64,000 nucleotides of DNA, taken from the NCBI GenBank assembly GCA_944380265.1, contig CALWGY010000005.1, positions 2,878-66,877 of the forward strand. The letters are read 5' to 3'. The position numbers and the translations under genes are program-made. The first letter of the stretch is position 1, and every line of letters begins with the position of its first letter. The notes under the pieces were generated by a model. It searched no databases, was not told the origin of the DNA, and saw nothing but the letters and a program-made list of their open reading frames with translations. This document shows positions 19,417 to 28,613 of the stretch, piece by piece. The stretch is from an uncultured Clostridia bacterium (GTDB taxonomy: Bacteria; Bacillota; Clostridia; Christensenellales; UBA1242).

Positions 19417-20805
19417 CTAAAACTTAATTTTATTTAGAACATATGGAACAACTTCGTTAATATTAAGCCTAATTTGTTCCATGGTGTCACGGTCCCTAAG
19501 TGTTACGGTGTTGTCTTCCAAAGTGTCAAAGTCAACAGTTAAGCAAATTGGAGTTCCAATTTCGTCTTGACGGCGATAACGTTTTCCAATTGAACCAGCT
19601 TCATCAAAAGTGCACATAAAGTGTTTTGAAAGTTTGTTGTAAACTTCTCTTGCTTTTTCGCTTTGTTGCTTTTGAAGTGGCAAAACTGCAACTTTGTATG
19701 CAGCAATTGCTGGGTGGAAGTGCATAACAACTCGGGTTTCGTTTTCAAGTTGTTCTTCGTCATATGCTTCACACAAAACTGCAAGCATTAGTCTATCGGC
19801 TCCAATGGAATATTCAACAACATAAGGAACATATTTTTCGTTTGTTATTGGGTCCAAATATTGCATGGTTTTTCCGCTGTATTCTTGGTGCCTTGAAAGG
19901 TCGTAGTTGGTTCGGTTGTGAATGCCATTTAATTCTTGCCAACCCATTGGGTAATAAAACTGAATGTCGCATGCGGCTTTTGCGTAGTGTGCAAGTTTGT
20001 CGTGGTCTTTAAAACGCAAATGGTCTTTGTTAAAGCCAAGGTCAATTAAAAAGTTGAAAGCTTTTTGTTTGTAAAGTTCATAAAACTCGTGGTCGGTTCC
20101 TTCTTTGCAAAAAAGTTGGTGTTCCATTTGTTCAAATTCAATGGTTCTAAAAATAAAATTTCCTGGTGTTACTTCGTTTCTGAATGCTTTTCCAACTTGG
20201 GCAATTCCAAAAGGAACTTTTGCACGCATTGTGCGTTGAACATTTAAAAAGTTAACAAATTCGCCTTGTGCAGTTTCTGGACGCAAATAAATTTTGTTTT
20301 GGTTTTCGTCGGTAACGCCACGGCTTGTTTCAAACATTAAGTTAAATTGCCTAATTGGTGTCCAGTTGTGTTTTCCACATTTTGGGCAAGTAATTTTGTT
20401 GTCGGCAATAAACTTTTCCATTTCTTCATTGGTCATTGTGTCGGGGTTAACAGTTAAGTTGTGTTTTTTTGCATATGCTTCAATCAAATTGTCGGCCCGT
20501 TCACGTGTTTTGCATTCCTTGCAATCCATTTTTGGGTCGGAAAAACTTGCAGTGTGTCCGCTTGCATCCCAAACACGGCTGTTCATTAAAATTGCGGCAT
20601 CAACACCAAAACTGTTTGTGTTTTCTTGCACAAAACGTTTCCACCAAGCACGTTTAATGTTGTTTTTAATTTCCACACCAACTGGGCCATAATCCCAGGT
20701 GTTTCCCATTCCGCCATAAATTTCGCTACCTTGAAAAATTATTCCTCTGTTTTTGCAAAGGTTAACAATTTTATCCATTGTTGCTTTAAGTTTTATTTCT
20801 GCCAT
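19417..20805 (-). CDS. glyQS: Glycine--tRNA ligase (alpha2 homodimeric type)
   Basis: The 462-aa translation (IFQGSEIYGG...WDYGPVGVE...YLRPETAQG...FRNE...) is the canonical GlyQS class II core. Confidence 0.92.
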   Translation of the reverse strand: MAEIKLKATMDKIVNLCKNRGIIFQGSEIYGGMGNTWDYGPVGVEIKNNIKRAWWKRFVQENTNSFGVDAAILMNSRVWDASGHTASFSDPKMDCKECKTRERADNLIEAYAKKHNLTVNPDTMTNEEMEKFIADNKITCPKCGKHNWTPIRQFNLMFETSRGVTDENQNKIYLRPETAQGEFVNFLNVQRTMRAKVPFGIAQVGKAFRNEVTPGNFIFRTIEFEQMEHQLFCKEGTDHEFYELYKQKAFNFLIDLGFNKDHLRFKDHDKLAHYAKAACDIQFYYPMGWQELNGIHNRTNYDLSRHQEYSGKTMQYLDPITNEKYVPYVVEYSIGADRLMLAVLCEAYDEEQLENETRVVMHFHPAIAAYKVAVLPLQKQQSEKAREVYNKLSKHFMCTFDEAGSIGKRYRRQDEIGTPICLTVDFDTLEDNTVTLRDRDTMEQIRLNINEVVPYVLNKIKF

Positions 20806-21021
20806 TTTTTTATCCTTATAAATTTTTTTGTTATATTTTATTTGTTTTAAAGTTACTTAACTTAAAAATGCTTTAATATTGTAGCAAAATACGTAATTTA
20901 TTTCAATTAACTTTGTTCAATATTTATACTAATTTAAACAAAAATTTTAAAACTTTTGCTAATCACTATTAAATAATGCTAATTTTATGTTAATATAATA
21001 TTGTTAGTTTTAATTCAATAC

Positions 21022-21073
21022 ATAAAGTTAGTTGTTTTTAAAACTTAATAAAGTTAGTTGTTTTTAAAACTTA
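21022..21073. repeat. Perfect 26-bp tandem duplication in the divergent glyQS / ATPase promoter region
   Basis: ATAAAGTTAGTTGTTTTTAAAACTTA occurs twice back to back (21022-21047 and 21048-21073). Confidence 0.9.
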
Positions 21074-21202
21074 CAAACAAAATAGTGTTAAAAAATAATA
21101 AAAACAAAAAAGTTTCAAAAATAAAAAATGTTTTAAGTTTGAAATTTTTAAACCAAGCAAACATTACTAAGTTATAAAATATTAAACAAAAGTAGGGGTA
21201 AC

Positions 21203-24073
21203 ATGGCAAAAAAGAAAAGAACAGTTGCAAGTGACCAAATTGAACTTAATTTGGAAAGTACAACCACTGAAAATAATGTTTCAAAAGATGGTTCTAATGA
21301 AACCAAAAAGTCTGCAACCAGCAGTGTGGCAAAAAAATCTAACACCAAAAAAGATTTGAAGAAAAGCAAAAACACTGCTGATTTTGTGGCTGTAAATAAA
21401 GATGAAGAAAAAGCCGAAAAGCCAGCAGAAGGGGTTGAAAATAAAAAAACTAAGGCGGCAAAAACCGCAACAAAAAAATCGGTTGAAAAAACCAAAAATG
21501 TTGTAAATGAAAAAGAACAAGAAAACTTTCAACCCGAAACTGCAACAGAAAAAATTGAAAACTTGGATATTGAAAACAAAAGTAAGGCTCAAAAGAAAAA
21601 CAAAAACAAAACTAAAAATGAACAAGAAGAAATTAGAAAACCAAGAATTTTAACACCGGAAGAAGTTAATCCAAAATTAAAAAAAGAAAAAGAGAAAAAA
21701 GAAAAGGCAAAACGAAAAAAGAAAAAAATTGACCTTGAACAAGTTGCTCGTTTTAATTCCGACACAAAACATGGACTATCAAAAGAACAAGTTGAACAAA
21801 GGATTAACGAAAACCTAACAAACAAAGTTGAAAACAAAAACGTTAAAACATATAGAAGCATATTTTTTACAAACATTTTCACGTTTTTTAACTTACTATG
21901 TTTTGCAGTTGCAGCAGCGTTAATTGCAGTTGAAGCATGGACAAACCTGTTGTTTTTAGTAATTATAACCTGCAACATTGTAATTGGAATTGTGCAGGAA
22001 ATTAGGGCAAAGAAAACCATTGAAAAAATAAGTTTGGTAAGTGCTCCAACAGCAACAGTTTTGCGTGATGGCTATAAACACGAAATTTCTGTTGATGAAG
22101 TTGTGCTTGATGATATTATATATTTTTCAACAGGAAAACAAATTTGTGCCGACTGCAAACTTGTTGAAGGGGAATGTGAAGCAAATGAAAGTTTGCTAAC
22201 AGGCGAAAGTGTTGCGGTTAAAAAGAAAAAGGGTGACATTTTGTATTCTGGAAGTTTTATTGCAAGTGGAAAATGCACAGCACGTGTTGAGCGTGTGGGC
22301 GAATTTAACTACACAGCAAAACTTTCAGCAAAAGCAAAGGAATATAAAAAACCAAAAAGCGAACTGTTAAAAAGTTTGAACATTGTTATTCGTTGCATTG
22401 GTGTTATAATAATCCCACTTGCAATTTTAATGTATTACAACAACTTTAATGAACTTGGTGTTATTTCCGACACAATTAAGAAAACTGCCGGTTCAATTAT
22501 TGGAATGATTCCATCAGGAATGTTTTTATTAACAAGTGTGGCACTTGCTGTTGGTGTTATTAAACTTGCAAAAAAACACACGTTGGTGCAAGACCTTTAT
22601 AGCATTGAAATGCTTGCTCGTGCTGATGTTTTGTGCCTAGACAAAACAGGAACAATAACCGATGGAAGCATGAAAGTTAATTCAGTTATTCAGTTAAAGG
22701 ATGTTAACCACACCATAAACGACATTATGGGTAGCATGTTAACAGCACTTGAAGATAACAACCAAACATCACGTGCACTTGCCACTCATTTTGGTTATTC
22801 AAAAGAATTTACAAAAAGTGTGGTTTTGCCATTTAGCAGTGCCAGAAAACTAAGTGGTGTAACATTTAAAAACAACGAAACTTATGTTTTTGGTGCGCCA
22901 GAATTTGTTTTAAAAGAAAAAAATGCCGAAGTTGAAAAACTTGTTAAACAATATGCAAGTAAAGGGTTTAGGGTTATTTTGCTTGCAAGTTGTCAGGGGG
23001 CAATTGAAGGCGACAAAGTTCCACTAAAACGCACCCCAATTGCAATTATTGTTATTGAAGACCACATTCGTGAAGATGCAGCAGAAACAATTCAGTGGTT
23101 TAAAGATAATGCAGTTCAAATTAAAATTATTAGCGGTGACAACCCAATAACCGTTAGCGAAGTTAGCAAACGTGTTGGTGTTGAAAACGCAGAAAAGTTT
23201 ATAAGTTTGGAAGGGCTTAATGAACAGCAAGTTATTGATGCAGCCGACAAATACACTGTTTTTGGCAGGGTTTCGCCAGAACAAAAAATGATACTTGTTA
23301 AAGCACTTAAAAACAAAGGACACAAAGTTGCCATGACTGGCGATGGTGTTAACGACATTCTTGCCTTAAAGGAAGCCGATTGCTCAATTGCAATGGCAAG
23401 CGGAAGTGAAGCAACAAGAAATGTTAGCCATTTGGTGCTAATGGATTCAAACTTTGCAAGCATGCCAAGTGTTGTTGCAGAAGGCCGAAGAGTTATTAAC
23501 AACATTCAAAAAAGTAGTTCGTTGTTTTTAATGAAAACATTGTTTACCATGTTCCTATCTGTGTTCTGCTTAATTTTGCACACACAATATCCTTTCAACA
23601 CAAACCAAGTGTTGTTGCTTGAAACTTGTGTTATTGGAATTCCGGCATTCTTCCTATCTTTGCAACCAAACAAAGAGCCAATTCAAGGAAGGTTTTTGCC
23701 AAACCTTATTACAAGTGCCTTGCCGGGCGCAATAATATTCACATTAAACGTTATTGCAATGTTTGTGTTTGATAGCATTGTTGGCACAAGTGGACAATTT
23801 GAAACCATGGGAAGTTTGGTTGTTACAATGGCAGGATTTTTGGTGCTATTCAAACTTTGCAAGCCATTTGACATTTACAGGTCTTGTTTGTTTGCAGGAA
23901 TGGTTGTTGTTTCGGTTTTGGTGCTTGCGTTCATGCCATGGAGTTTCTTCGATTACACCCGTTTAAATTTGCAAAATGTTTTGTATATGTTGGTTGTGGT
24001 TCAATTTAGTTATCCACTTTATGCAAACATTGTTAACCTATGCAACAAAATTAGGTTCCCTTCAAGCAAATAA
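21203..24073 (+). CDS. Cation-translocating P-type ATPase with an N-terminal Lys-rich extension of about 175 aa
   Basis: CLDKTGTIT phosphorylation motif, TGES, and MTGDGVNDILALKEAD hinge; 8 or more TM helices; AGGGG RBS. Confidence 0.88.
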   Translation: MAKKKRTVASDQIELNLESTTTENNVSKDGSNETKKSATSSVAKKSNTKKDLKKSKNTADFVAVNKDEEKAEKPAEGVENKKTKAAKTATKKSVEKTKNVVNEKEQENFQPETATEKIENLDIENKSKAQKKNKNKTKNEQEEIRKPRILTPEEVNPKLKKEKEKKEKAKRKKKKIDLEQVARFNSDTKHGLSKEQVEQRINENLTNKVENKNVKTYRSIFFTNIFTFFNLLCFAVAAALIAVEAWTNLLFLVIITCNIVIGIVQEIRAKKTIEKISLVSAPTATVLRDGYKHEISVDEVVLDDIIYFSTGKQICADCKLVEGECEANESLLTGESVAVKKKKGDILYSGSFIASGKCTARVERVGEFNYTAKLSAKAKEYKKPKSELLKSLNIVIRCIGVIIIPLAILMYYNNFNELGVISDTIKKTAGSIIGMIPSGMFLLTSVALAVGVIKLAKKHTLVQDLYSIEMLARADVLCLDKTGTITDGSMKVNSVIQLKDVNHTINDIMGSMLTALEDNNQTSRALATHFGYSKEFTKSVVLPFSSARKLSGVTFKNNETYVFGAPEFVLKEKNAEVEKLVKQYASKGFRVILLASCQGAIEGDKVPLKRTPIAIIVIEDHIREDAAETIQWFKDNAVQIKIISGDNPITVSEVSKRVGVENAEKFISLEGLNEQQVIDAADKYTVFGRVSPEQKMILVKALKNKGHKVAMTGDGVNDILALKEADCSIAMASGSEATRNVSHLVLMDSNFASMPSVVAEGRRVINNIQKSSSLFLMKTLFTMFLSVFCLILHTQYPFNTNQVLLLETCVIGIPAFFLSLQPNKEPIQGRFLPNLITSALPGAIIFTLNVIAMFVFDSIVGTSGQFETMGSLVVTMAGFLVLFKLCKPFDIYRSCLFAGMVVVSVLVLAFMPWSFFDYTRLNLQNVLYMLVVVQFSYPLYANIVNLCNKIRFPSSK

Positions 24074-24107
24074 AAGTAATGTGAAAATTATTTATGCTTA
24101 AAAAAAT

Positions 24108-24140
24108 AAAAAAACAGATGTTTGGTCATCTGTTTTTTTG
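24108..24140 (+). terminator. Rho-independent terminator after the ATPase gene
   Basis: ACAGATG-TTTGGT-CATCTGT followed by a T-run. Confidence 0.65.
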
Positions 24141-24447
24141 TTAGTAACAAATAAATTACACAAATGGGGGTATATTTATTTTTTTGTTTGTTAATTAAAC
24201 ATTGTGTTTGTGCATATATATTTTTTAAGTTTTGTTTTAAATTTGGTAAAACTGCTAATTTTGCAAAAACTAAATAAAAACAAATATGTTTAAAAAATAA
24301 AATGTGCCCAGTGTAATTTTAAATTTAAAAGAAATTAAAAAGTTGTAATATGTAAAATTATAGGGAAATATTTTATAATTTTACTTTTAAGTTATATAAA
24401 TATTATGCTAAAATAAAAGCGTAAAAACTAATTAGGAGAATGTGGCT

Positions 24448-24891
24448 ATGAACCCAATTTATTATTTATATATTGGATTAGGGGTTGCTTTGCTTGCTTA
24501 TGTTGGAATGCTTTCATGGAAAATTGTTAGAAACAAAAAGCGTAAAAACAAAGAAGAGCAATTACATCAAGAAAAAGTGGAAAAAAATTTGGATGTGGTT
24601 GATGATGTTAGATACACAATGGAACAAAATCCAGTAAATCCTGAAACAGGTGCAGTTAATGCAACATATCAACAAAATGATTTCATTTTACCACAAAACA
24701 CACCAGTAACAGTTTCGCAGGATGGCGAACTTAAACCAGGGAAATACATCATGCTTTCTAGCAGTGAAAATCAAGAATCTTTTAATGTTAGAGTTGGCAT
24801 TTATGTTAGGGAATATAAGCATAATCAGGAAATAGTTCTTGCCGAAGGCGACACAATTTGTGCTGTTTCTTGCCCAGTAATTTTAAGATAA
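24448..24891 (+). CDS. N-terminally anchored small protein upstream of the SPFH gene, function unknown
   Basis: AGGAG lies 9 nt before the ATG at 24448, and the GTG at 24442 is too close to the RBS. The protein has one TM helix and a soluble C-domain of about 90 aa. Confidence 0.5.
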   Translation: MNPIYYLYIGLGVALLAYVGMLSWKIVRNKKRKNKEEQLHQEKVEKNLDVVDDVRYTMEQNPVNPETGAVNATYQQNDFILPQNTPVTVSQDGELKPGKYIMLSSSENQESFNVRVGIYVREYKHNQEIVLAEGDTICAVSCPVILR

Positions 24892-24905
24892 TTTAAGGAG
24901 TTAAA

Positions 24906-26024
24906 ATGGGATTATTTAGTTTCACAAAAAGTCAGTTATTAAAATCTTTGGAATGGACTGACAACACAAAAAACACAATTGTTTACAAATATCCAATGGA
25001 TGGCCGTCAAATTATGATGGGTAGCAAACTAACAGTTAGAGAAAGTCAAGTTGCTGTTTTTGTTAACAAGGGTCAAATTGCCGATGTTTTTGAACCAGGA
25101 TATCACAAATTAACAACATCAAACTTGCCATTTTTAACAAAACTTTTAAGTTTACCATATGGGTTTAATTCACCATTTTATGCTGAAGTTTATTTTATTA
25201 ACACAAAACAATTCACAAACATTAAATGGGGAACAAGCAACCCAATTACCATGCGTGATAAGGAATTTGGAACAATAAGAATTAGAAGTTATGGAACATA
25301 TGCTTTTAAAGTTTCCGACCCAACAGTGTTTTTAAAGGAATTGTTTGGAACAAACTCCACCTTTAAAACAGAAGACATAACAAGTTACTTAAAAAGCATG
25401 TTAATTGCTTCCATTTCCGACACTATTGCTGAATCTAAGGTTTCAGCCCTAGACCTTGCTTGCAATTTGTTGGAATTTAACAAAGTTGCACAAGGAATGG
25501 TTAATTCTGAATTTAACAAACTTGGTTTAACACTAACAAATTTGGTTATTGAAAACATATCCTTCCCAGAAGAAGTTGAAAAAGCAATTGACACCAGAAG
25601 TTCAATGGGTGTTATGGCAGACAAAATGGATACTTTTGTTAAATATCAAGCAGCACATGCATTAAGGGAAAGTGCAAACAATCCAAACGGAAACAACATG
25701 GCTGGCATGGGTGTTGGTTTGGGCTCTGGCGTTGCAATGGGACAGGTTTTAAGTGAAAGTTTAAAACCAACAACGCAAAAAAAGGAATGCCCAGAATGTG
25801 GTGCAGAAGTTAGATTAAAAGCAAAATTCTGCCCAGAATGTGGTCATGAATTTGTTGCTCCAAACAAAAAGCAATGTATAAATTGCGGAGCAGAAATTAA
25901 CGCAAAAGCAAAATTCTGCCCAGAGTGCGGAAAAAGCCAAGAAACAAAACGTGTTTGCAAAAAATGCGGAACTGAAAACAAAGGTGGCGGAAAGTTTTGC
26001 TCTAATTGCGGAGAAAAACTATAA
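24906..26024 (+). CDS. SPFH/band-7 domain protein of the YdjI / COG4260 type with three C-terminal double zinc ribbons
   Basis: The N-terminus (MGLFSF...LEWTD...IVYKYP...LTVRESQVAVFVNKGQIADVFEPGYHKLTTSNLPFL...FYAEVYFINTKQFTNIKWGT) fits the YdjI type. The C-terminus carries CPECGAEVRLKAKFCPECG, CINCGAEINAKAKFCPECG and CKKCGTENKGGGKFCSNCG. Confidence 0.8.
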   Translation: MGLFSFTKSQLLKSLEWTDNTKNTIVYKYPMDGRQIMMGSKLTVRESQVAVFVNKGQIADVFEPGYHKLTTSNLPFLTKLLSLPYGFNSPFYAEVYFINTKQFTNIKWGTSNPITMRDKEFGTIRIRSYGTYAFKVSDPTVFLKELFGTNSTFKTEDITSYLKSMLIASISDTIAESKVSALDLACNLLEFNKVAQGMVNSEFNKLGLTLTNLVIENISFPEEVEKAIDTRSSMGVMADKMDTFVKYQAAHALRESANNPNGNNMAGMGVGLGSGVAMGQVLSESLKPTTQKKECPECGAEVRLKAKFCPECGHEFVAPNKKQCINCGAEINAKAKFCPECGKSQETKRVCKKCGTENKGGGKFCSNCGEKL

Positions 26025-26069
26025 CAGTTTTGGTGGCACTAAGTTAGTGTTACAATATTTAACTAATTT

Positions 26070-26096
26070 AAAGCCCTAATTTTTAGGGCTTTTTTA
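26070..26096 (+). terminator. Rho-independent terminator between the SPFH gene and the zinc-ribbon gene
   Basis: AAGCCCTA-ATTTTT-TAGGGCTT followed by a T-run. Confidence 0.6.
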
Positions 26097-26117
26097 AAAA
26101 TTTTTGAGGGGTTTAAT

Positions 26118-27176
26118 ATGGAAAAATTTTCAAGTAAGTGTTCATCGTGTGGATATTCTTATGTTTTTAATCCTGAAACTCAAACATTGGTTTGTCCGCA
26201 ATGCGGAGGCATGAGTTCAATAAATGTTTCTTTGGCACCGCAAAAAAAAGAATTAACACCACAAAGTTTTGTTAAACAAAACGAAGATGCAACGCCTGTT
26301 TATGAATGTGAAAATTGTGGCGCAAAAACCAATGTTAACGAAAACAGTGTTTCTGGTGTTTGCCCATATTGTGGTTCAACAAACTTGCATTCGCTTGCCG
26401 ACAACATAAAATTTGAACCAGATGCAATTGTTCCTTTTCAAATTTCAAAACAAAAGGCACGCGAAAAATATAAAGAGTGGTTAAAAACCAGGAAGTTTGT
26501 TCCAAACAAACTAAAAAGTTCCGCAAAAATTAACAAAATGGAAGGTTGCTATTTCCCTTGTTGGAACTATGATTTTAATGTTCAAAGTGCATACCATGGT
26601 GTTGGTGTTAATACTCACACAAAAACAGTTTATAGAAATGTTAATGGGCAGCATGTTCCGCACAGCGAAACATATGAAACTCGCCATCCATTTTCTGGTA
26701 ATAGGTTTGATGTTTTTAATGATTATTTAGTGTCAGCAAATTCGCAAATTAGTCAAAACGAACTAACCGCACTTGGAAACTTTGGTTTGCAAAACCTAAA
26801 AGTTTATAGTCCCGAATTTTTGCTAGGATTTTTAAGTTCGGGGTTTAACACTGGTTTGCAAGAAGGGTTTGACATGGCAAAAGAAGATGTTAAGATGGAA
26901 ATTGTTTCTAGAGTAAAACGTGAACATAGTTATGATAGTTATGAAAAATTTTCAGTAAGATCTGTATTCAATTCTGTTATGTGGCGTTACATTTATTTGC
27001 CAGTTTGGATATGCAACTTTAATTATCAGAAAAAACAATATAGGTTTTTGGTTAATGGATATTCTGGCTATGTTACAGGCAAAGTGCCAAGGTCTGGTTG
27101 GAAAATTTTTGGTTTAGTTTTTGGAATTTTGCTTGCAATTGGGGCAGTGGTTTTGTTGGCATTAAAATTTTCTTAA
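26118..27176 (+). CDS. Protein with two N-terminal TFIIB-type zinc ribbons and a C-terminal TM anchor (YdjG-like)
   Basis: CSSCGYSYVFNPETQTLVCPQCG and CENCGAKTNVNENSVSGVCPYCGS; C-terminal helix IFGLVFGILLAIGAVVLLAL; GAGGGG RBS. Confidence 0.55.
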   Translation: MEKFSSKCSSCGYSYVFNPETQTLVCPQCGGMSSINVSLAPQKKELTPQSFVKQNEDATPVYECENCGAKTNVNENSVSGVCPYCGSTNLHSLADNIKFEPDAIVPFQISKQKAREKYKEWLKTRKFVPNKLKSSAKINKMEGCYFPCWNYDFNVQSAYHGVGVNTHTKTVYRNVNGQHVPHSETYETRHPFSGNRFDVFNDYLVSANSQISQNELTALGNFGLQNLKVYSPEFLLGFLSSGFNTGLQEGFDMAKEDVKMEIVSRVKREHSYDSYEKFSVRSVFNSVMWRYIYLPVWICNFNYQKKQYRFLVNGYSGYVTGKVPRSGWKIFGLVFGILLAIGAVVLLALKFS

Positions 27177-27202
27177 AATAAATTTAGTTTTAAATAATAA
27201 AA

Positions 27203-27236
27203 AAAACAAACAACCAAACTGTTGTTTGTTTTTTTA
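27203..27236 (+). terminator. Rho-independent terminator
   Basis: AAACAAACAAC-CAAACT-GTTGTTTGTTT followed by a T-run. Confidence 0.65.
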
Positions 27237-27499
27237 TGCAGTTAAAGTTAACAAAAAACATGCAAACATTTTGCCTGCTTGCGTAATGTTATTGTGGCAA
27301 TATTTATAAACAAATCAAAAAAACAATTATGCACAATGTATTTTAAAAATTTTAGCATTTTGACTAGATAATATGCATAATTATGAATAATTATAAAAAA
27401 ATAACAAAAATTTGTTTCACAATTAAAATTTTATTTGTTATTATTAATAATAAGAAGTGTAAAAAACGGTGTTTTTTTGGTTTTTTAGGGGTGGCTATT

Positions 27500-28540
27500 A
27501 TGCAAGATACGGTAACATATTCAACAGCAAAAGTTGCAGTTAGTGAATTTATGGATAGGGAATTTGAAAATTTTCCTAAAAAATTGCACTTGCAGTTTTT
27601 AAACTTTTTTTCGGAACTATCTACATATGAGGAAGAAGGAGTAAAATTACGTCCCAACATTTTATTTACAAATAACATAGACTTTGTGGCAAAAACAATT
27701 CCTAATTGTTATAGAATTTCTTTGTTTTCCGACACCGTTACCGAAGTTAAATTTAACTACCACATAAAAAAACTAGCACCATTTTGCAAACACAATTGGA
27801 TAATTTTTGTTAACATTAAAGAAAACGACATAACATATGGCATATGTCGTGTGTTAAACAGCATTAAGGAACAAAATTTAAGTAAACTAATTTTTTCAAG
27901 TTCTGTGTTAAAAGAACGTAGCGACAAAATTTCTATTGTGCATGTTGAACCAATTAGCAACTACACAATTAACTTAAAAAGTTTGAAGGGCGAAAAACTT
28001 AGCATAAACAACACTTTGGACGACACCAAAGTTACCGACTGGGAAACTGAAATTAAGGAATTTGTTGACGCAAGTTTTTCAAAACTTAGAACAACCGAAA
28101 AAAAATTGAACGAAATTAAAACAATGTACGAAAACGTTTTTGATTCGGTGTTTAAAAACATTCATGGTGCACTTTGCGTTATTGTTGATAAGGACTATGA
28201 AGACAACGGATTTTTTAGTGATGGTGTTTGGCTTAAAGAACCAATCAGTTTTAGTAAGTTGTTTTTAAGAACCAAAACTTACAACGAAAGCAAACTAACC
28301 GCTTTTTGTGAATTGTTTATGGATATGCTAGATTACGATGGCATAACCATTGTTGACAACACTGGCAGAATTAGGGCATATAACGTTTTTGTTGAAAGTA
28401 ACACAAGGAACATAAATGTTGTTGGTGGTGCAAGAAAACGTGCTGCATACACAGTTATAAATTCCAGAAGAAAACGTATTATTGGTGTTTACTTTCAAAG
28501 CCACGATGGCGAAATGTTTTATAAAGCAGTTAAAAAATAA
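27500..28540 (+). CDS. Uncharacterised soluble protein; the C-terminal region resembles a divergent DisA_N (diadenylate cyclase) domain
   Basis: The start is taken at the ATG at 27500, after TAGGGGTGG. The C-terminal YDGITIVDNTGRIRAYNVFVE...VVGGARKRAAYTVINS parallels the DAC pattern DGA.I...I.AA...LP...GTRHRAA.G. Confidence 0.4.
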   Translation: MQDTVTYSTAKVAVSEFMDREFENFPKKLHLQFLNFFSELSTYEEEGVKLRPNILFTNNIDFVAKTIPNCYRISLFSDTVTEVKFNYHIKKLAPFCKHNWIIFVNIKENDITYGICRVLNSIKEQNLSKLIFSSSVLKERSDKISIVHVEPISNYTINLKSLKGEKLSINNTLDDTKVTDWETEIKEFVDASFSKLRTTEKKLNEIKTMYENVFDSVFKNIHGALCVIVDKDYEDNGFFSDGVWLKEPISFSKLFLRTKTYNESKLTAFCELFMDMLDYDGITIVDNTGRIRAYNVFVESNTRNINVVGGARKRAAYTVINSRRKRIIGVYFQSHDGEMFYKAVKK

Positions 28541-28560
28541 TACAAATAAAAACTCCTACA

Positions 28561-28591
28561 AAAAAAACAACCAAAATTTTGGTTGTTTTTT
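28561..28591. terminator. Bidirectional terminator between convergent genes
   Basis: Palindrome AAACAACCAAAA/TTTTGGTTGTTT flanked by an A-run and a T-run. Confidence 0.65.
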
Positions 28592-28613
28592 ATTTAAAAA
28601 TCTCAATTTGTTG

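Noticed and set aside
20806-21202. Expected T-box leader upstream of glyQS.
   Set aside because: There is no GGTGGTACC-like T-box sequence (CGCGGTACCACC-like on the plus strand) and no terminator/antiterminator pair. The region is AT-rich promoter DNA with a 26-bp duplication.
21172-22020. Three overlapping minus-strand ORFs (107-143 aa) opposite the 5' part of the P-type ATPase gene.
   Set aside because: They are antisense shadows of the AAR-rich Lys tract: Phe/Leu-rich, low complexity, no RBS. The plus-strand frame continues into an unmistakable ATPase.
27383-27499. N-terminal extensions proposed by the ORF track: 27383 for the DAC-like gene, and likewise 34678-34815, 7171-7236, 8794-8874, 43402-43419 and 60981-60998.
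   Set aside because: The extensions are AT-rich and low complexity and lack an RBS. Internal ATGs preceded by GGAG/GGGG-type RBSs at proper spacing give sensible N-termini.
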